NCBI GenBank assembly: GCA_963575745.1
Contig: CAUYUJ010000336.1
Coordinates: 1-64,000, forward strand
Length of the DNA: 64,000 bases
Source of the DNA: Prorocentrum cordatum
Taxonomy: Eukaryota
Reading direction: 5' to 3'
Positions 30,601-42,044 of the stretch are shown piece by piece; position 1 is the stretch's first letter, and each line of letters starts with the position of its first letter. Under the pieces are notes generated by a model, which worked only from the letters and a program-made list of their open reading frames with translations, ran no database searches and was not told where the DNA came from. The translations under genes were made by a program, and so were the position numbers.

Positions 30601-33025
30601 CCATCAGGGTTGCCCGATCTGAAAAGCCCGTAGGCTCGATCTTTGTGCAGACGCCAGCGCCTGGGGATCCATCCGGGGCGCGAGCTACGTACGTTGTTTC
30701 GAAGATCTATGGGTACGTTGTGTTCTTGAATGAAGTGAAACCCGTTGTCTTCAGGGGGTTTGTCAGCGAATCGAGCGACGGCGGCGTGTCATCAAACATT
30801 GCGCTTGACGTATTTTGTTGTTTGGACGCCCGTGCCCTCGATACTTCGCCCGCTGAGAACCCAGTGTGCTTATTTTTCGGGGATTACAGGCTTGGTAAAC
30901 TCGACGACAACCCATGCGACACCCTGCTGTTAGATTCTGCAATTGCGATCCCGAAGAAGAAGCCCAAGCCGAAAGCGCTTCCAGGGCCAGTTGAGCCCGA
31001 CCCAGGTATTCTACAAGGTCCCACGGGCCTATGAAGCTTATCGGCTTATGGGGAGGTGGAGGGGTGTCCGTTTAGAATCTTACTCCAGCGTCGCCGCGGC
31101 TGGGCGTAGCTCGCATCTGCTTCCCCACTTCCAGGGTTGCCAGGCCAGGGGGGTAGGGGGGGCAACGGCAAGGGCCTTGAGACCCTGTGGCCCTGAGGGG
31201 CCTGAAGGGCTCAGGGGAGGTGGTGATGGCGACCTCGACTGCGAGCGAGATGATTTTCTTGCAACAGAATTGGAGCGCCTCCTGGACTCGGCAGACGCGG
31301 GCGAGGCGGCCGTGCTGGGCGAGATGGTTGCAGAGGGGGGGATCAAGCCTGCGGAGGCGCAGAGGGCAGAGGACGTCGAAAACAAAAGAGGTGAGGCGGC
31401 GATGCAAGGCAGGCGAAAGAAAACGAAGTGCAACTTCCCCGACTCATCTTTCACAGATGCAATTGCTAAGCTGTTTGGACCTGAGGCAGCGCCGCCGCGT
31501 GATGATGGCGGGCTGCATCGTGATCATGATGGCGAAGGGGACATGGGGGCCACGGGGTCAGACGGAGCAGGACCAGGGCCCGCTGTTGCTGTCGTGGATA
31601 TGTTGGTGGGTTCTGCGGCTGCAGATTTGCACGTTGCAGAGGCTCTCGCAGCCGCCGCTCCTGCTGCCGTTCCAGCTCCGGGAGATGCTTCCCATCATCG
31701 CGAGCCTGGTGGCAGTGACGAATCCAGGAATGGCTGGGCCTCGGGGGGAAGGGGGGGGGCACCCTTGGGCCCCTGGGCTCTTTGGATCTTCGGGCTCTGG
31801 GGCCCTTTGGTGATGAACGCGGAATGTTTCTCGCGTCTCTTGACGCGTCGCGGGGCGTTCAAGGCCTCAGTGCCTCAGAACCCCGAGGCGTTTGGGGGCA
31901 CTTGAGGCTTTCTTTCTGTAGACCTTGAGCTAATGAGAATCGAAACTCGAAACCAGCTAAAGTTCCTCGTCCTAGCTCAGCCCAGCTCCCTTCCTTGAGT
32001 CTACTCGCACGGCTGCTTGGGGGGAGATTGAAAGCCACCTGCCGCCGCCCCCCTGGGTCCCTGGCCCCCAAGGGCAACGAGGACTTGCCGAGCAACCCAG
32101 GGGGGGGGGTCGGCTTACTTGCTGTAAAAAGAGCCCGCCCTCAGCCCTCACCTCCAATCTCCCCATCTCATTCCTTTCATTCTCCCCCATCATACCCCCC
32201 TCCTACCCGCTTCCCGCTCGCCCCCGCATCCTCCTTCTCCTCTCTATGTTTCTCTTCTGTGCTCTGCCCCCCCCCTCCCCCCGCCTCGCCCCCCCGAGGA
32301 TATCGAAGACACTGGCAGCGTGGAGAGCCTCTGCGGAATTGTCGCAGAGGGCCCTGACAAAATTGGCGGACTCACGAGCCCGAGAAGTCCAGCTGCTCCG
32401 GGGGGCCGCGGACACCTCGCACATGTCATTGGTTGAAGATTCAGAGGGGCAAGTTCACTATGTAGCATGGCGCGCTTCAATTGGGGATGCCAAGAAAGGT
32501 TTGTATGTTGAGATACGTCGCAAAAAGCCGATATTCATGCCAGAACCATCAATCAAATCGCAAGGGTTAGAGAAAGACCTCACGGATGCAACCATCATAC
32601 ATGCATGTACTTCGCTCTACACAAAGCTCAAAGTTGACAGAGAGGATGTGTTCGACTGGGCAGAACGGCTTAGACGCATGTGGGAAATATGCGTGGTGGT
32701 CCGAAGTGGCGGTGTCAGGCAAGGTTTCCATTGTTTTGCGTGCGAAGAAGAGATTACTGTGCTGGCTCAACCATCGGATGACGAGGATATCATCGAATGT
32801 GCCCACTGCATGCTTGCATTTCACTCGCAATGTGCCGACGCACTCGTACCTCATGTGCGTGCTCCTGCTGCTGCCCCCGCGGCGGCGGCCGCCGCGCCTG
32901 TCGCGGCCGAGCCCGTCGCAGCTGCAGTTCCGCCGCGCTTGGAGGCGCCAGCGCCGCCGCCTGCGGGGATCGGGCGGGAAGCGTGGCTGTCGAGTTTATG
33001 CCGTCTGTGCCGCGCCTGTCTGTAA
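27680..33025 (+). CDS. Multi-exon gene: coiled coil, transposase-like segment and C-terminal PHD-type finger (exon structure approximate)
   Basis: Protein-like blocks at about 27680-28725, 29975-30230, 30490-31020, 31215-31730 and 32298-33025 are separated by GGA/CCT-rich intron-like tracts. It contains YTIRGDAANSQVW and a C4HC3 pattern CFAC..CAHC-x4-H-x2-C..W..CRLC. Confidence 0.6.
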
Positions 33026-33026
33026 C

Positions 33027-33330
33027 TCAAGTTCGGGGTTTATCAATCCAGGAGTCTAGGAATTGATCGACTACTGCGGGGACTGGGGGCGCTACTGGGA
33101 CTGCCACATCCAGGAGTGGGTCGCGCGCGGCTGTTATTTGGGCGCCCTGGAGATCCAGGAGTGGATCGCGATCGAGTTCGGCGGGGGTTCGGACATCTTC
33201 CTGGGGCGCATCCTCACGAGCGGCTAGAATCACAGATACTGGGGCATCCAGGAGCGGATCGAGCACAGTGCCAGGGACTGAGTCACAGACGAGGCCCTGG
33301 TCGAGACATTGAGTGCGTCCACCAGACGCG
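33027..33330 (-). CDS. Possible terminal exon of a convergent minus-strand gene with repeated DPLLD motifs
   Basis: Acidic protein-like frame (DPLLDAP..DPLLDLQ..DPLLDVA..DQFLDSW) ending at a TGA 1 bp from the stop of the plus-strand gene. Confidence 0.35.
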
Positions 33331-33659
33331 CGCGGAGAGAAAACGCGCTCCGAGGCCCCCTGGGCCCCTGGGCTCGTGATGTATGTTGTGTTGGGTAGAG
33401 TTCGTTTCTCTAGCCCCTGGCTCCTGGGGATCCCAGGAGATGTAGTGGTTGCGGCTGGGCGCAGCTCGAAAAGCTGGCGCGTCTGGCACCCAGGAAGGGG
33501 TCGGATGTGGGGGGCTTGCAAAAGGCGATGTATGTGTGCTCACATAGAATCAGGTCCCGCCCCTGCCAACCCTTACCTACCCCCTACGACGATCGCGACG
33601 ATCACGATCTCACGATGACGACGACCACGACGACTGGAGGGCGGAGATGATGCGTGGAG

Positions 33660-33704
33660 TGGGAGGGAGAGAGAGATAGAGAGAGAGAGAGAGAGAAAGA
33701 TAGC

Positions 33705-33772
<68 letters not shown>

Positions 33773-33797
33773 GACAGAGAGAGAGAGAGAGGGAGAG

Positions 33798-33828
<31 letters not shown>

Positions 33829-33830
33829 GG
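33660..33830. repeat. (AG)n microsatellite
   Basis: Direct reading. Confidence 0.95.
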
Positions 33831-36800
33831 CGGGGCGAACCAAACAGCGGGCCATGGCCTCGGGCCTCTGGGCACTCTCCAGGGACTCCAAGGATTCAAG
33901 AACCTATGCGCCTATTGCGTCATTGCTCCTTTGGCGCATCCAGTGGGGCACCCAATGAAGTTCGGCTCGGGCGGCGGCGCAACCTATAACGCAACCGTCA
34001 GTACGTCTGCTGTCTAGCCGTCCAAATGACAGAGGCGTGAGGGTTCAAGTCCTGTGTGGCTGCGCCGTGGGGCCTTGCTTCGGTCGGGCGCACGGGCAAT
34101 GGATTCGTCTTCGTTTACAGTTATTCCCCCGACGCCTCAGTACGCGCTGGATGGGGCAATCCCGAAGACCCCAGAGGCCCAGAGGACGTGCTGTTGAATA
34201 AGGTGTTGAATCGAATGGATCAGGTTGACGGGCCGGGGCTGGAGGGGAGGAGGAAGGGAGGAAGGGGGCAAGAGGGGGCAGAAATGAAAGGGGGGGCGCC
34301 CCCGAGGGGCAGGTGCTTCGGGAGCTTGACAACCTACAGAAACGCGTGGCTGAATTGGAGACGAAACTTGCCGAGGCTGAGTCGACGGCAACGCGCCCTG
34401 GCGCATCGCCGCGTCGTTGAATTCACGAAGTGGCGAGGCGGGGGGGGGGGGCGAGTGCTGAGAAGCGTCGCGGCTGGTGTAGAAGGGGGCGCAGACGCGC
34501 CGCCCCGCGACCCGGAGACTCATGATAGCATGATTGGACACGTGCTTGGGCTGCGCGTAAACCCTGCCTCGCTATTCACTCACCCCCTCTTGTCCTTCAT
34601 GGACTCCATGGAGGGTGAGAGGGCGATGAGGGAGAGGATAGGCGGTTGAGAAGGATCGGGCGGAGGAGGAGGAGGAGGAGGGCAGGAAGTGGAGTTATTG
34701 AGGCGAGAGGAGGGGGAGAGGGAGAGCAGGAGGAGGAGCAGGAGGAAAGACAACCGAGGGACCACGCAGCGTCGGCGCTACATGCGTTCCAGGGGAGGTC
34801 AGGTCCAGCCGCCCAGGGGCCCAGGAGTCCAGGAGCTGGGGCCCGGGTGGCCCAGTGGCGCAGTGCCCCAGGTGCGCAGGAGTCCAAGAGGAATGCCCCA
34901 GTGAGAATTCCAAGGGTCCAGGGGATCCAGGGAGTAATGTCCTCGTGCCGCCGCTCGACCGTCGCTGCCGTTGCGCCCGTTGTGCTCTGGACCTCTAGCC
35001 TTTAGCGGCCCTTGTCTTGCCGCTGCCGCCCCTCTCGTCCTCTCTGGAGCCCGCGGCGACCCGCAACGGCTACGACAAGTGCGACATCGACCGCGACGCA
35101 GGCGGGCGGCCGCGGCCGCCTTTCTGCTCACTTTCAGGAAGGGGGTCTCACTCGATCTTATTGCGGTACTGTGCTACTCAGTGTACTTATTCATTCACTC
35201 AACCTGTAAGCGCCAGAACACCGCCAAAGCCAATCGAGTCCCAGTCGAGGCCCAGGAAGCACCCTCAGCAAGTCAGGCAAGGGCCCAGGTGGGCCTTCTA
35301 GGTGATTCCTGTCAAGCCTGTCAGGCATTCCTCTGCATGGTAGGGAAGGATGAGGAAGGATGGGAACGTGCGTGTGGTGCCAGACGAAACAAGCGTCTCG
35401 CTCGAGAAATCTCAAGATGCTACCATATGCTACATCCGCAATCGCCGCAACCACAATATGCTACCACATATACGCATATGCTACCACAATGGACGAAACA
35501 AGCGTCTCGCTCGAGAAGTGTGACGGTGCTACATTATGCTAACCCGCTGTAGCACCAGATGCTACCGCAATAGCAGCAAGGTGAACTCCTCATCGCATTT
35601 GTTTTGCCAAGGCTGAACGGGAAGCCTTACGGCGAATCACATCCAAATTCGCGAAGGTCGTGCGGACACCCACATGCACGAAGCAACTACGCACGCACGA
35701 CCAGGCATGCACGTGCATATCCTGCAAAGTAGGCGCCGCCGCTCTGCGAACTCGGCGCCGCCACTTTGCATTCGGGCACATCAAGCGACCAGAACCACAA
35801 CGAAGTTGATGTTTCTGAAGGGCCCATCGGGGGTTGTGGTCGATATGACCGTCCTGGACGCCAATATCGACCACAACCAGTACTCAGCTGGTTCGGTGGT
35901 TCGGCGTCCTGAAGCCCAATGGCATGTCTATGGGGTCTAGGGTATGCCCCAGGATGTGCCCTCGACACGGTTGTGGTCGCTTGCTGTCCCCAGATTGCAT
36001 CTAGACGGGCGTCGCGTCTAGGCGCCGCCCAGTTGGCAAGATCACAAGCCGCGGAAAATGGTGCCGCATGGCGTCCTCGGCCCGCTGATCCAGCACGAAT
36101 GGCAGAACCAACGGGCCCCCGCGCACTGCACCATGTTCCCTAAGAGCTCACGGTGCGTGCATCCCCGTCGCACCGCAACGGGGCGTTCTCTAGGCGCGTC
36201 GCCCTCGCCAAGTCGCGGCGCCAAAGGGAGTCGTTCAGCTTGGCCCCTTCCGAAGGCGGGGCCCCGTCCGAAGCCAGGACCGAGGCAAAGGTGATCGCGT
36301 TGTGGGTGCGGTGGTCGGGCATGTTCGGCACGGTCGGCGTGCGCGGCGTGTGCGGCACCAATTGCGGGTACGGCGTCGGGCGGGCGATGATGCAACTGCG
36401 AGTGCGACGCGCGATCCGCCTTTTCTCGTCGTCGGTGTTGGCGTCAGCGTCGGCGTTCGTGCTGGCGGCGGCGCTGGCTGCGACACCTGTATCGGCACTG
36501 GCCGCGGTGCTGTCGTCGGCGTTGGCGTCGGGGTCCTTGATGCCGTTGATGCCCATGGCGCCGGCGTCGGCGATGGGGATGGCCGCGGTGCTGGCGTCGA
36601 CGTCGTTGATGCCCATGGCGTCGGCGTCGTCGGCGTCGGCGATGGGGATGGCGTCGTCGGGTCGTCGGCGTCGTCGACGTCGACGGCGTTGGCCTTTGGC
36701 GGCGAGCAAAGATTGGGGACGGGCGCCAGGGCATGTACGGAATGGCCGCGGCGACTGGTTCTGGTACGCCGCGCGCTCTCGTGCGTAGGCCACGGGCTCG

Positions 36801-37539
36801 GGCGTTGAGGAACGTTTGGGTTCGTCTGTCCCGAGTACGGCCCAAACATATTCCGCAGCGCGCGGGCGGTCGCGCTAAGCTCGGCCCAAGGTGGGTCCGA
36901 GTGCGCCTCCTAAACGGCATGCGCCATGCTGCATGTGAAGGTGTGAAGGCGCGGCGCGCGATGGGGCGAAGGGCCTGGTGCCCGCTTCCACCGCCATGAG
37001 TTGGTGTTCTTAGTTCCTGGAAGGGGGGGCCTCCTCCTCCTCCTCCTCCTCCTTCTCCTCTTCCTCCTCCTCCTCCTTGTCCCCCTGAGGCCTCCTCCTT
37101 CCTCCTTTCCTCCCCGTGCTACCCCTCCTCCTCTGCCTCCTCCTCCTCTTCCTCCACCTCCTCGTCCTTCTCTCCTCTCCTCCTCCTCACGGTCCTTCTC
37201 TCCTTTTCCCTCCTCCCCATCTCCCCCTTCCTGCTGCATCTCCCCCCTCCTCCTCTTCGAGGGTGCCCGCGGCCTGTGGACTTGAAGAACTGCAGAAAAG
37301 GACCAAGCTGATCCGAGGGGGGCCGCGACCTGTGGAACTGTGGAACTGTCGAAAGTAGAAAAGGGCCAAGCTAAAACAACATAGGGTGACAACGGCAAAC
37401 ATCACATGTGGTAATGTAGTGATGTCGTAGCGTAGCAGTGTAGTCATGTAGTCATGAACATACATCAATCATGTGCGCCACTGTAAGATCCCTAGGCCCT
37501 CTAGGCCCTAAGCCCCTGATAATACCTCTACGCCATCCA

Positions 37540-39356
37540 GGGCCTCCTCGGCGAACTTCGCCGAGGTCATCCCTAAGTCCTCTTGGGCCTCAGCGAACTT
37601 CGCTGAGCTGTCCTCAGGCCCTTGTAGGGCCTCGGCGAACTTCGCTGAGGGTCCCTCTGGCCCTCTGCGGGCCTCGGCGAACTTCGCTGAGACGTTCTCA
37701 GGCCCTTGTAGGGCCTCGGTGACCTTCGCTGAGATGGCCTCCACTCTGATGCCTCGGCGAAACTCGCTGAGGCCTGCCTGAGGCCCTCTGGGGCCTCGGC
37801 GAACTTCGCTGAGCTGTCCTCCAGCCCTTGTAGGGCCTCGGCGAACTTCGCTGAGGGCCCCTCTGGCCCTCTGCAGGCCTCGGCGCACTTCGCTGAGGGC
37901 CCCTCAGGCCCTTGTGGGGCCTCGGCGAACTTCGCTGAGGTGACCCCACGGCTTCCAGGTGCCTCGGCGAACTTCGCTGAGGCTGCCCCTGCGCTCTCTG
38001 GGGCCTCGGCGAACTTCGCTGAGGCAGCCTCGGGCCCTCATGGGCCTCGGCGAACTTCGCTGAGCCCCCCCCCCCCTGGTCCCCTGAAGGCCTCGCCCTT
38101 GTCTGATGCCGCCCCTGCGCTCTCTGGGGCCTCGGCGAACTTCGCTGAGGCAGCCTCGGGCCCTCATGGGCCTCGGCGAACTTCGCTGAGCCCCCCCCCC
38201 CCCTGGTCCCCTGAAGGCCTCGCCCTTGTCTGAGGCCCTCTGGGGGCTCGGCGAACTTCGCTGAGCTGTCCTCCGGCCCTTGTATGGCCTCGGCGAACTT
38301 CGCTGAGGGCCCCTCTGGCCCTCTGCAGGCCTCGGCGAACTTCGCTGAGGGCCCCTCCGGCCCTTGCTGGGGGCCTCGGCGAACTTCGCTGAGACATCCT
38401 CATGTCCGTGTAGGGCCTCGGCGAACTTCGCTGAGGGCCCCTCTGGTCCCCTGAATGCCTCGGCGAACTTCGCTGAGGTGACCTCAGGCCCTTGTAGGGC
38501 CTCGGCGAACTTCGCTGAGACATCCTCAGGCCCTTGTAGGGCCTCGGCGAACTTCGCTGAGGGCCCCTCTGGCCCTCTGAGGGCCTCAGCGTACTTCGCT
38601 GAGGTGACCTCAGGCCCCTGTGGGGCCTCGGCGAACTTCGCTGAGACATCCTCAGGCCCTTGTAGGGCCTCGGCGAACTTCGCTGAGGTCGCCTCTGGCC
38701 CTCTGTAGGCCTCGGCGAACTTCGCTGAGGTGGCCTCAGGCCCGTGCAGGGCCTCAGCGAACTTCGCTGAGACCATCCCTGCGTCGTCTTGGGCCTCGGC
38801 GAACTTCGCTGAGCTGTCCTCGGGCCCTTGTGGGGCCTCGGCGAACTTCGCTGAGACATCCTCAGGCCCTTGCAGGGCCCCGGCGAACTTCGCTGAGGTC
38901 GCCTCTGGCCCTCTGTAGGCCTCGGCGAACTTCGCTGAGGTGACCTCGGGCCCGTGCACGGCCTCGGCGAACTTCGCTGAGCTCATCCCTAAGTCGTCTT
39001 GGGCCTCGGCGAACTTCGCTGAGCTGTCCTCAGGCCATTGTAGGGCCTCAGCGAACTTCGCTGAGGGCCCCCTCTGACCCTCTGCATGCCTCGGCGAACT
39101 TCGCTGAGGGCCCCTCAGGCCCTTGTGGGGCCTCGGCGATATTCGCTGAGAGCGTCCCTGATCTCTCTGGGGCCTCGGTGAACTTCGCTGAGGCACCTCC
39201 TAGGCCCTCTGGGGCCTCGGCGAACTTCGCTGAGGGCCCCTCTGGCCCTCTGCGGGCCTCGGCGACCTTCGCTGAGATGACATCATGTGCTCTTAGGGCC
39301 TCAGCGAACTTCGCTGAGGTGATCTTGTGTCATCTGGGGCCTCGGCGAACTGCACT
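37540..39356. repeat. 42-bp tandem array, about 42 units: 22-bp palindromic core plus 20-bp variable segment
   Basis: Core GGCCTCGGCGAACTTCGCTGAG. Ten units span exactly 420 bp (38461 to 38881). Variable segments recur in 3- and 5-unit higher-order patterns. Confidence 0.95.
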
Positions 39357-40367
39357 GCGCTGTGACCATCCCTAAGCTACCCCTAAGACCTCTGGAGCCT
39401 CCACGGCCTTCGTAGTGCCTTGACAACATTCGCTGGTGAATCATTATCATGTATAAACATTAACGAACGTTGGTAGACCTCATGGCCTCATCGGTGCTCA
39501 GCGAACGTCTCTGATGTATTTGTTTGTTATCATTCGCGTCATACGTTCATTGTCGTTGTGCTTCTGATGGGTCAATTGAGATCTCTTCGGCTGACATCGG
39601 CGGGTTTGGGCCCTCATGGGCTCAGCTGGTCGCGTGTGTTTTTCGTGCAACATCGGTATGTGATAATAATATGGTGTGGCACAACCCTTGGTTCATATCG
39701 TCAACAATGTAACAATGAATGCCGTGCTGCGCTGGCGTGTTGGATGATTGCACTTTCGCTCACGTTGGATGCGGCTGGCATATAGTCTGTCCGGGCCGCC
39801 TGGGCTGGGGGGAAGGGGGGGACGGGTGAATGAGGGTGAGGGTGGCAGGTGCAGTGGGGGTGGGGCGGGGGCTCCCTGGACGCGTTGGTGGGCATTCTTT
39901 GATGTGTGCAGAATATGCGCAATCCTCTGGGGCTCTTGGAGAAATGCCATGCCGCGCGAACGCTGTTCCGAAGGCTTGGGGACCTCGAGTTCTTTTGGGC
40001 CTCTCCTTGCGAAGATGCGCTTCGAACTTAACCAATTTAGAATACCAGGCAATTCGCTTCCAAGGCTCTCATCTAGTCCTCTGGGATGTCTGTCTGGCGC
40101 CTCCGCCCACCGCCCCCCCTGCGCCATCCTCGGGCTTCAAGCCGCCGCAACCCCAGAGCCCCAGGGCAGGTTTGAGGGTCGGGGGGGGGGGGCCCGCGTG
40201 GCCCATGGGCGGCCCACAGTCCTAAAGCTCGAGGTGCTTTACATGCAAGGCACGGGCAAGGGCCGAGGGTGCAGAGGGGAGGGGGCAGAGCGAGAACACA
40301 TCGTCAGAACATCATACATCCATCAATCTACATTTCCTTAGCCCTTTGTTTGGCTGGAGCGGTGAGC

Positions 40368-42044
40368 ATGGCAAGCATGCCGAGCGCACCGCAAGTGCCA
40401 CGCACACCGCGGTGCCATCCCGTCGTTGGCGATCTGGCAACGGCTAACAAATGGGCAGAACATAATTTGGAGCGGGCGTTGGCGTATATCCAGGAGTGCA
40501 AGTGCGGCGTCGGCGTCGACGATATCGCTCACGAAGCCGAACGTCTTTCTTTATCGACATCGTTCAGCGGCACGGGCGGGGCAGAGATCGCACGTCATGG
40601 CGGGGCCCTTTGTCTCGGGCACATGCGTGGCCGACTTCTTCGATGCAGGACGTTGTGGGCGTGCGATAGCGACGATGAGTGCAGGTTCGAGCTGCGAGTG
40701 TTGCCAGAACCACCTGAATGCGTGCTGAACAACGTCATCGCGTGCATCCGCCCTGACGTTCGGAGCGATCTCATTCAGCATGCGCCCAATATGAGGTACG
40801 ACAGGCTCCATGAGATCGCGAAGAATAGAAACTTGCTCCTTGACAGGTGGCCCAGAGGCTGCTGCGCTATGCACCCCGATCAAGACTGTGCTCTGCAGAA
40901 AGCCGACATTCATGCGGCGGGCACAGAGTGCCCCACGTGGTCGGAACAAGGGACGAAGGACGGGTGTTCTGGCACGAGAGTTCTAGCGTGGATAAGTTGG
41001 GTTGCGTTGAGGAGGAAAATCCAAGAACCAATCATTTATCATGAAAATGTACCAGAGTTTCCGCTGAGCCTCTTGGAATCAGAGCTTGGGGATCTTTATC
41101 TGGTGATGCCGCAATTCAGCCACGTCGTCTGCCCCAGCAAGTACGGGCAGCCGTGCGAGCGGCCGAGGCGTCTCACGCTTCTATGGCACAGGGGCCTGAT
41201 AAAACACAGCCCCGACAAAGAGGCGCTGCTCACCCAGAGGTCGTGGCAGGAGTACGCGGCCATGGCCGAGCGCACTTACACAATTACGTGGGAGGCTTAT
41301 TTCGTGGCCGACGACGATGACGAAGAGGTGAGGCGAGAGCTTGCTTGGTCGCTCCAGCGCCCAGGCTTGAAGCAGGATATGCAGAAAGCGCCTTCGAGTC
41401 GACCAGATCGGGCGGCGTGGGAGCAATCGGCCTTCGACAAGTCGCTGAACGATTGGGAGGTCCGCAACATCATCAAGTACGAGGTTCTCAACGATCACAG
41501 GCCGATGATCTGCGCCGTGGGGCAGAGTGCAGACAAGCACGCTACGCACAGCAAGGGCAAGCCTACCATGATGACAATCATCAGGAAAAACGACATGTAC
41601 TACAGCAGCAAGCACCGCAGGTGGCTCACGCCCAGCGAACTGCGCACAGTGCACAACTACGTTGGCGACTCGCTGTGCCAGTGGGGGCTGCAAACGTCTT
41701 TCAGTTTCAAGAGGGAGGACTTCGGCTTCCCCCCTCGCCGTCGGGTCGCAACGCTCCACCAGATCGGGAACGGCATGGCGTTGTGCACGGAGTCCCTCGG
41801 CTTCTACTTCATATGGGCAGTGATGGCCGCCTTGCGCGAACCTGGCGCAGGTTCAGCGAGCGTGGACATGACCGACAGCTCCAGCCACTCAGCCAGCTCC
41901 AGCAGCGGCATCGCCCAAGCGCTCGCGGCCGCTCGCCAGCAGGGCGCGCCCAAGAGGAGGAGGCTGCGCAAGGGCACGCCATCTGATGTGGAGAGAGCTG
42001 CTTCGGTCCTCAGTGAATTGATGCGCCCTGGAGGCCAGGCATAG
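40368..42044 (+). CDS. Stand-alone cytosine-C5 DNA methyltransferase, intronless
   Basis: Motifs in canonical order: FSGTGG (I, 40563), WACD (II), AGTECPTWS (IV, Cys 40929), HENV (VI, 41043), GQPCERPR (VIII), RWLTPSE (IX), QIGNGM (X). C-terminal NLS-like PKRRRLRK. First ATG at 40368. Confidence 0.9.
   Translation: MASMPSAPQVPRTPRCHPVVGDLATANKWAEHNLERALAYIQECKCGVGVDDIAHEAERLSLSTSFSGTGGAEIARHGGALCLGHMRGRLLRCRTLWACDSDDECRFELRVLPEPPECVLNNVIACIRPDVRSDLIQHAPNMRYDRLHEIAKNRNLLLDRWPRGCCAMHPDQDCALQKADIHAAGTECPTWSEQGTKDGCSGTRVLAWISWVALRRKIQEPIIYHENVPEFPLSLLESELGDLYLVMPQFSHVVCPSKYGQPCERPRRLTLLWHRGLIKHSPDKEALLTQRSWQEYAAMAERTYTITWEAYFVADDDDEEVRRELAWSLQRPGLKQDMQKAPSSRPDRAAWEQSAFDKSLNDWEVRNIIKYEVLNDHRPMICAVGQSADKHATHSKGKPTMMTIIRKNDMYYSSKHRRWLTPSELRTVHNYVGDSLCQWGLQTSFSFKREDFGFPPRRRVATLHQIGNGMALCTESLGFYFIWAVMAALREPGAGSASVDMTDSSSHSASSSSGIAQALAAARQQGAPKRRRLRKGTPSDVERAASVLSELMRPGGQA

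Noticed and set aside
33990..34065. tRNA-like T-arm (AGGCGTGAGGGTTCAAGTCC)
   Set aside because: I could not fold a convincing acceptor stem, D-arm and anticodon arm. tRNAscan-SE would settle it.
37904..39196. 430-aa repeat protein (SAKFAEA...)
   Set aside because: The open frame follows from a stop-free 42-bp unit, the register shifts at both ends, and no credible start was found. Kept only as an alternative explanation.
37540..39356. CRISPR array
   Set aside because: The spacers are related to one another and recur in higher-order patterns, there are no cas genes, and the context is eukaryotic.
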